Positions 58,267 through 64,000 of a stretch of 64,000 bases of DNA are shown one piece after another (the stretch's first letter is position 1; each line of letters opens with the position of its first letter). The DNA is from the human T2T-CHM13v2.0 reference genome, Homo sapiens. Made by a program: the position numbers and the translations under genes. The notes beneath the pieces are model-generated. The model did not search any database and was not told the DNA's origin. It saw only the letters and a list, made by a program, of their open reading frames with translations. The DNA lies in NCBI RefSeq assembly GCF_009914755.1, contig NC_060948.1, one strand, 5' to 3'.

Positions 58267-58285
58267 CCTCACACAATGGGCTCCA
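58267..58285 (-). promoter_or_regulatory. HML-5 primer-binding site, degenerate tRNA-Met type
   Basis: Minus strand TGGAGCCCATTGTGTGAGG resembles TGGTGCCCCGTGTGAGG and lies next to the 5' LTR. HML-5 is known to use Met/Ile PBS. Confidence 0.6.
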
Positions 58286-58287
58286 AC

Positions 58288-58838
58288 TGCAGACCTGGCG
58301 ATGGGTGAATAAACTACCTGACACACAGATATCCTGCTTTGCCAGCAGCAGAGGGTCCGAGGCCACTCCCAGACTCCACGGAGAGTCCTGTAAAGAATGG
58401 AGGCCCACCCTGAGCAACTCACCCTCCAGGCATTTATTTAGTATAGAATTAATCACAGAAGCTTTGAGTAAACACACTTGTGGATAATTAACATTGTTAA
58501 GAGAATAGTTCTGTGAATGATTAAACCTCAGTTACCACAGTCTAAAGTAAATACCATTGGGGGCAATTTCTCTGGTCGAACTCCCTGGAGAGAGCCATCT
58601 TAGTTAGTGGAGGTAGAGTAAACAGACTTAACTGGAGAAGCCTCAGTTGTCCCTAGTATTTACCCTATGACCTAATGCTTTAAGGTAAGAAGAGGTTGCC
58701 TTCAGCCTGTTCAATTATTACAAGCTATATAATAATTTTAGCCTTTTAGCCTGCCAAAAAGGTTTGTTACTATTCCTTATAACTTTTCCTAATACTTCCC
58801 TGTAATATTTCTGCCAGCGGCCTGAGTGAATCCAAACA
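58288..58838 (-). mobile_element. 5' LTR22 of the HML-5 provirus
   Basis: Homologous to the 3' LTR, with a short deletion near the U5 end. Confidence 0.87.
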
Positions 58839-58879
58839 ATTAACATCTAAAGAAACTTGCCTATTCTAACTCTTGAAAA

Positions 58880-59125
58880 ATAGTATGCTCAAGAATTTGT
58901 CTAGGTTTCATGTATATGCAGATATACTAGTTTTCTTTTGGTTTTTACTTCCAGTTATATTTTATTGTAGTCAGAAATAATATTTTTTGTGATTACCGTC
59001 AGTTTAAATATGCTAAAACTTGCATTCTAGCTTAAAAGTTTGCCTATCTAAGAAAACATGCCAAATGTATATAGAAATATGTACTATGCAATTGTTGGGT
59101 GAAACATTTTGTAGATTATCCCCAG
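58880..59125 (-). mobile_element. Old L1 (L1M-type) ORF2 fragment
   Basis: TTTTATTGTAGTCAGAAATAA...GCAATTGTTGGGTGAAACATTTTGTAGAT resembles the antisense L1 endonuclease region. Confidence 0.55.
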
Positions 59126-59129
59126 GTCT

Positions 59130-59650
59130 TATTTTGCTCTTTAACTTTTATTTTTCTATATATTTTTCTTTTTCTTTTTTATTTTTTATTTACTTTCATT
59201 TTTTCTATGCATTTAAATTTGTTTCTATCTTTTATTTTTTATATTATTGTCTCTTCATTTCAAATGTTCTCCAATTTGTGTCTTGTTTGAAACATTTTAT
59301 TTAATTTCTTTTTTATCTTATTTACTCCCATTCTTATCCCTTTATATTATTTTATTTTATTTCTCCATATTTATCTTTATTTTTACTTTTATTTTTTCTC
59401 CTGATTCATAAAGTTTTATTTTATTCTATTGCAAATTGTTTCATTTCTGTTTATTTCTCTTAATTTTATTGTATTTATTTTCTTCATCTTCATTTTATTT
59501 ACTTTCCCTGATCTTAATTACATTTCTCTTTATTTTTCTCTATTTTGTTTCAGTTTATTTGTCTTTACTATTTTTAATTACTTTAAACTTATTTTTTAAT
59601 TTTTTTCTCTTGATTTTACTTTTTTCACTTTATTTTTCTATATTTTGTAT
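59130..59650. repeat. T-rich low-complexity tract
   Basis: About 500 bp of TTTA/TTTC/TTTTAT words with almost no G. Confidence 0.85.
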
Positions 59651-60070
59651 TGTAAATCAGAAGAGATAAGCTATTTTAGATTGACCCAGCCATAGTGGTC
59701 AAAACTGGTGTTTGCTCAGGCTCTCTGGCAGCCACTCTACCTCAGGTATCTCCAATCCAGGGTATAGTCAGGGCCTTCTAGCAGGATTGCTAAGATCCCT
59801 GGGCAGATGTTTCATTGTTACAGAGCCATCTAGCATTAAGTCCACGGGCTATTTATCCTGCTTTCCGAAGCCACCTGTAAGCTTCAGTGTTGCTAGGCCA
59901 AGGGCCTGGCTGCCCCTTTATTTGTGTGCCAATTCATCCTTCACACATAATCCTGGGTACTGGCCCTTCTTCCTTCTTTACAAAGACAGGCTCCACACCC
60001 ACTCCACTCCACCAGGGCATATCTAGAACACATGTGTGTCTTTTTGTTGTAAGAAAGAAAAAATATTTTT

Positions 60071-60365
60071 CTGTTTGTCTGTTTTTGAGACAGAATCTTG
60101 CGGTGTCACTCCACCTGCAGTGTGGTGACACAATCTGGGATCACTGCAGCCTCCACATCTCAGATTCAAGAACTTGTCTGGCTTCAGCCTCCCAAGTAGC
60201 ATTACAGGCATGTACCACCATCCCCAGAAAATTTTTTTTTTTTTTTGGATTTTTAGTGGAGACATAGTTTCACCAGGCTGGTTTGAAACCCCTGACCTCA
60301 AGTGATCCATCCACCTCAGGATCCTGAAGTACTAGGGTTACAGGTGTGAGCCACCACGACTGACT
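60071..60365 (-). mobile_element. Alu (old S/J type), diverged
   Basis: TTTTTGAGACAGAATCTTG...CCTGACCTCAAGTGATCC...GTGAGCCACCAC. Possible TSD AAAAATATTTTT on both sides. Confidence 0.85.
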
Positions 60366-61236
60366 GAAAAATATTTTTTGAATTTAAACTTGACATATAA
60401 CAGATTTATTATGAAAATTTCAGCTTTATGGGTAGATATACATGCAATTATGTGTGTGTGAAAATGGTAATAATATGAGAAGATAAACATTTCTACACCT
60501 TGTTTAATAAATTTATGGAGTTGTTATTTTATCTTTTCCTGTTTATCTCTACATGTTCAATGGAAAAATACTCAGTGAAGGCTCCTCAGTATGATAAAAA
60601 AAAGCTGTGCAATCAGACATTAATAGATGTACAGTGAAGTAACTTCTGGTTTTCATCTGGAGCTCTCATAGTTAGGACTGAAAACTCTTGGTTGTAAACT
60701 CATGTGATGAGGAATTACACTATGCTGTCCTCTTCTGCACATCTGTCTACCATCAAAATTGTTTGAATTTGCCAAAAGAAAAAAGTGGAAAGTTGTTTCC
60801 CTAACACCTACTCATCTCTCTTTCATAGTTTTTTTTTTTTTTTTTTGGTTTGGGCATTGTCCAGATTGCTTAGAAGCTCGTGATCACAGAGGACATATTT
60901 GTCAAAAGAAAGCTTTTTTGCACCAGGATTAAGTGAAGATGTTTATTACCCAGGGCCAATGGTTCCTCCAGAGCCAGGATGTAACCATTACTGAAACCAG
61001 AAAATGATGACAGAAGTTGAGAGCTGCTCATGGGGAAAGAAAAATGCTCCCTTTTGCTTTGAAAGTGGTCACTGCCTATTCTGGCATCAATCTTACATCT
61101 GACCACGATGTGTTTCATGTTCATCTTTCTTGGTATTCCACTGAAAGTTTATCTGAAAAAAGAGGCTTGAATGAGAGTAGTAAAGAGAACAATTGCATCT
61201 ATAGCTGATGCTTTGGTGAGTTTTGAGGTTCAAGAT

Positions 61237-61975
61237 GTCAAAGAATAGACTCAGAACCAGTGAATGAGATATGGAGTTTTACTTTGGACTTACATAAAGT
61301 GGAGAAAGTCCAGTGTCAGTGGGCTTAGTAGGATAACAACAGCCACTTGCAAAAAGCCTATAGTTAGTATAGTATTTTTATTTAACACATTTGTCTGAAC
61401 AACCTTTCATCTGTCAGCCTTTATTTAACAAAAAATGAAAGGGCTTCAATCCTCTGTGTGGCCCGTGTTCCATGCCACAGGATAGGACAGACCAGGGTCT
61501 CAGACGTTCCTCATAGGTAAAGAATAACTTCTAGGTTGGCCACTACTAGATTTTTTTTTTCTTTGAGACAAAATCTCACTCTGTTGACCAGGCTGGGGTG
61601 CAATGGCATGATCTTCTCCTGTCTCAGCCTCCCATGTAGCTGGGATTACAGGCAAGTTCCACAATCTCTGGCTGATGTATATTTAGTAGAGAAGAGGTTT
61701 CTCCATGTTGGTCAGGCTTATCTTGAACTCTGTATTTTTAGTAGAGAAGAGGTTTCTCCATGTTGGTCAGGCTGATCTTGAACTCCTGACCTCTGATGAT
61801 CCACCTGGCTTGGACTAACTAAGTTCTGGGATTACAGGCATTAGCCACTGCTCCCAGCCAGGCCACAATTTGATTTTTGTCACTTGGAAGTTTTAACACT
61901 CAGAAGCACTTTTAATGTAAGGTTAATGTCCAGCTATCCCCAAGTAAAGTTAACACTGTCAGTTGCATCCATCAT
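61237..61975 (-). mobile_element. Probable old LTR, interrupted by an Alu; family not assigned
   Basis: TG...CA termini (TGTCAAAGAATAGACTC ... GCATCCATCA) and an LTR-like composition. Weak evidence. Confidence 0.3.
61551..61859 (-). mobile_element. AluSp-like, with an internal 55-bp tandem duplication and a ~40-bp deletion
   Basis: CTCCATGTTGGTCAGGCT (Sp-like). 61676-61730 is duplicated at 61731-61785. Confidence 0.85.
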
Positions 61976-62599
61976 ATATTCTGATTCAGACAACAGAGGT
62001 TCTTCTTCCTGAGACTCTAGATAAACAAATTTTTGCTTTTACCTGAATCACTCCATTGACAGGATTTTATTTAAGGGGCTGATGTGTGTGCACGTTGCTG
62101 GTATGGATATCTAAGTTAATGAGATGGCTTCTTAGCTGGTAGGATCTGTTCCTATTATAGGTTCATTCAGGCTGCTGAGGTGCTCCTTCTCCAGAATTTC
62201 ACTCAATCATATCATTCTGGGGCTCCAGTACTATTTTACAAGGTGGGACATGCTGAAATAAACCCTAAAATTGTGGTTCAGAATGACCAGGCTGAGGCTG
62301 CCCTTTAAAAGGGAGAACTGCCAGGGTTGTGTATTATTATCCTTGCCATTCTGACATATCTTTTGTTATGGAGACCAGAAAAGGATCTGAGTATGTGACA
62401 GTCCTCCTCCTAGAGTTGCTACTATTTGTACATGACTCTTAAGTGTCAAGGTAGGTTGTGAGCTCTCCCTTCCTGGCACAGCCTGAGTAGGCTAGAGCTC
62501 TGTGACCCTTGATGTTTGGCTCAGGCAGTCTTCAGAGGAATTTCAAAAATTATAGGGTGTGGAGGGTAGAGAAACAGCTGATACAGATGGCAAGTTACG

Positions 62600-62720
62600 G
62601 GAGGCTGGAAGAGAATGGGACCTGTTTGAAACAGTACAAACCCTGCCTGGGTGTAGCTGAGGAGGCAGGAAGAGAATGGGACCAACTTGAAACAGTACAA
62701 ACCCTGCCTGGGTGTAGCTG
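62600..62720. repeat. 61-bp tandem duplication
   Basis: GGAGGC.GGAAGAGAATGGGACC...TTGAAACAGTACAAACCCTGCCTGGGTGTAGCTG occurs twice (62600 and 62661). Confidence 0.9.
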
Positions 62721-63204
62721 GACAGTCAAGCCAGTTCTCTGATTTGGGATTTGTGCCACGGAATTAACAGGCCCACTTTTGCTCTGGCCTGGGTGCTTAA
62801 CTCTTGTTCTAGAACAAAATGTGAATTCTGGACTCTAGAATTTCTGTTTTACAGTCCAGTAGAGTGTAGAGGCCCAGGTTGGCCCACAAAAGAAGCTGTG
62901 GGTGGGCTTACCACAACTGACTGGTTGCTTCTCTGCCTACAATCAGAAGGAAGAAGAATCTTTTTTCTAAAGGCAAGCCCAGAGAGGATTCAGGCAAGCC
63001 CAGGGAAGTCTGAAACTTAAGGGAGCCTGTAAAGAAAAAGGTTCTTGCCTCAGATGAGTGCTTTTGCCCCTCTTGGCTTGTGGCTTTGGGGGCTCAATTT
63101 GCCCATCAGAATAAGGGGCAATGAAATCCCCTCAGTGAGAGGCTGCTCACCCTCCTTTTACCAAGCCACTGCGCAGTGCCCACCCTGCAGCTCCAGAAGG
63201 TGCA

Positions 63205-63420
63205 TTGCCACCTCTCTTTCCCAGTTTCAAGTGATTCTTCTGCCTCAGCCTCCTGTGTAGCTGGGATTACACGCACCCACCCAGATAATTTTTGTATTTT
63301 TAGTACAGATGGGCTTTCAGTATGTTGGCCTGGCTGGTGTTGAACCCCTGGTCTCTGGTGATCCACCTGTCTCAGCCTCACAAAGTGCTGAGATTTCAGA
63401 TGTCAGCCACTGCACCCACA
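63205..63420 (-). mobile_element. Partial diverged Alu (S type)
   Basis: TTCAAGTGATTCTTCTGCCTCAGCCTCC...TTTTTGTATTTTTAGTA...GTGATCCACC. The tail end is missing. Confidence 0.8.
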
Positions 63421-64000
63421 CCAAAGAATGTTTTGCGGAATTTTCTGAAAAGAGAATTATACATTATGTCTACAGTTAGCAACAGGCAAAGGGACAAACA
63501 TAAAAAGCAGAATTTGCCCAAGATTTTTCTAAGCCAGGAGCAATAATATTTTAAATAAATGAGTTTAACACAAAGCTGAGAAAATAGATTTGCTTTCAAA
63601 ATTGTTGAAGTTTTTTATTTGGTGATAAGTTATCAACACTTGTAAAATTATCTGTTGCATTCTAACATTTTTCTTTCCTTCTCAAAGTAGATACACAGCC
63701 ATAAATAACTCTCATTACTTGCTATAGATCTGTTACACACCTAAAGTTTATTTTACAGTAATATATCTCTTATATTTAAATTCATGTAAACTAAAGCTAA
63801 AGGTCTTTATGTGTTTAGCAGACCAGAGAAGTCATATGTTTAATAGAAAAAAGTAGGATAAAATTTTGTAAACACTTGTTCAGAATTCAGAAGACTGTAG
63901 CTCCATTATACTCATATAATCTCCATTAGAGCCATCATAATCACCTTTAGTTACAAGAAAAACATAAATGTAAGTTGTAAAAACCATATTTTCCAAATTA

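Noticed and set aside
59020-59669. Hydrophobic F/L/I-rich ORFs as membrane proteins
   Set aside because: Artefact of T-rich low-complexity DNA.
62000-63200. Possible ERV internal remnant
   Set aside because: No recognisable protein motif by eye, so a family call cannot be supported without Dfam.

Overview
Primate, very likely human, genomic DNA: it contains a full AluYa5, a human-specific Alu subfamily. No intact protein-coding gene was found; the ORF track is satellite/Alu noise plus broken retroviral reading frames. Positions 1-~41.8 kb are an old, diverged complex beta-satellite (BSR/Beta) array with a multi-level hierarchy: ~70-bp monomer runs alternate with ~38-bp-period spacers, giving ~1.6-kb modules, ~4.8-kb subunits and two variants of a ~11-16-kb higher-order unit. 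Copy-specific Alu and LTR22 insertions interrupt the array. Positions ~41.8-64 kb are a retroelement graveyard: a MER4-group ERV remnant with a (TTTC)17 STR, then a three-level nest (an AluYa5 in gag of an ERV9/LTR12 provirus, which sits in gag of a HERV-K(HML-5)/LTR22 provirus). The HML-5 provirus also carries an L1PA 3' end, and all four insertions have readable target-site duplications. The context resembles the beta-satellite blocks of KRAB-ZNF (pseudo)gene regions such as 19p12 or Yp11.2 (inference; no ZNF exon is visible). I see no convincing new gene system. The most interesting signals are the satellite hierarchy, its datable insertions and recurrent templated duplications or fold-backs at deletion junctions. 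Boundaries and identities were estimated by eye.
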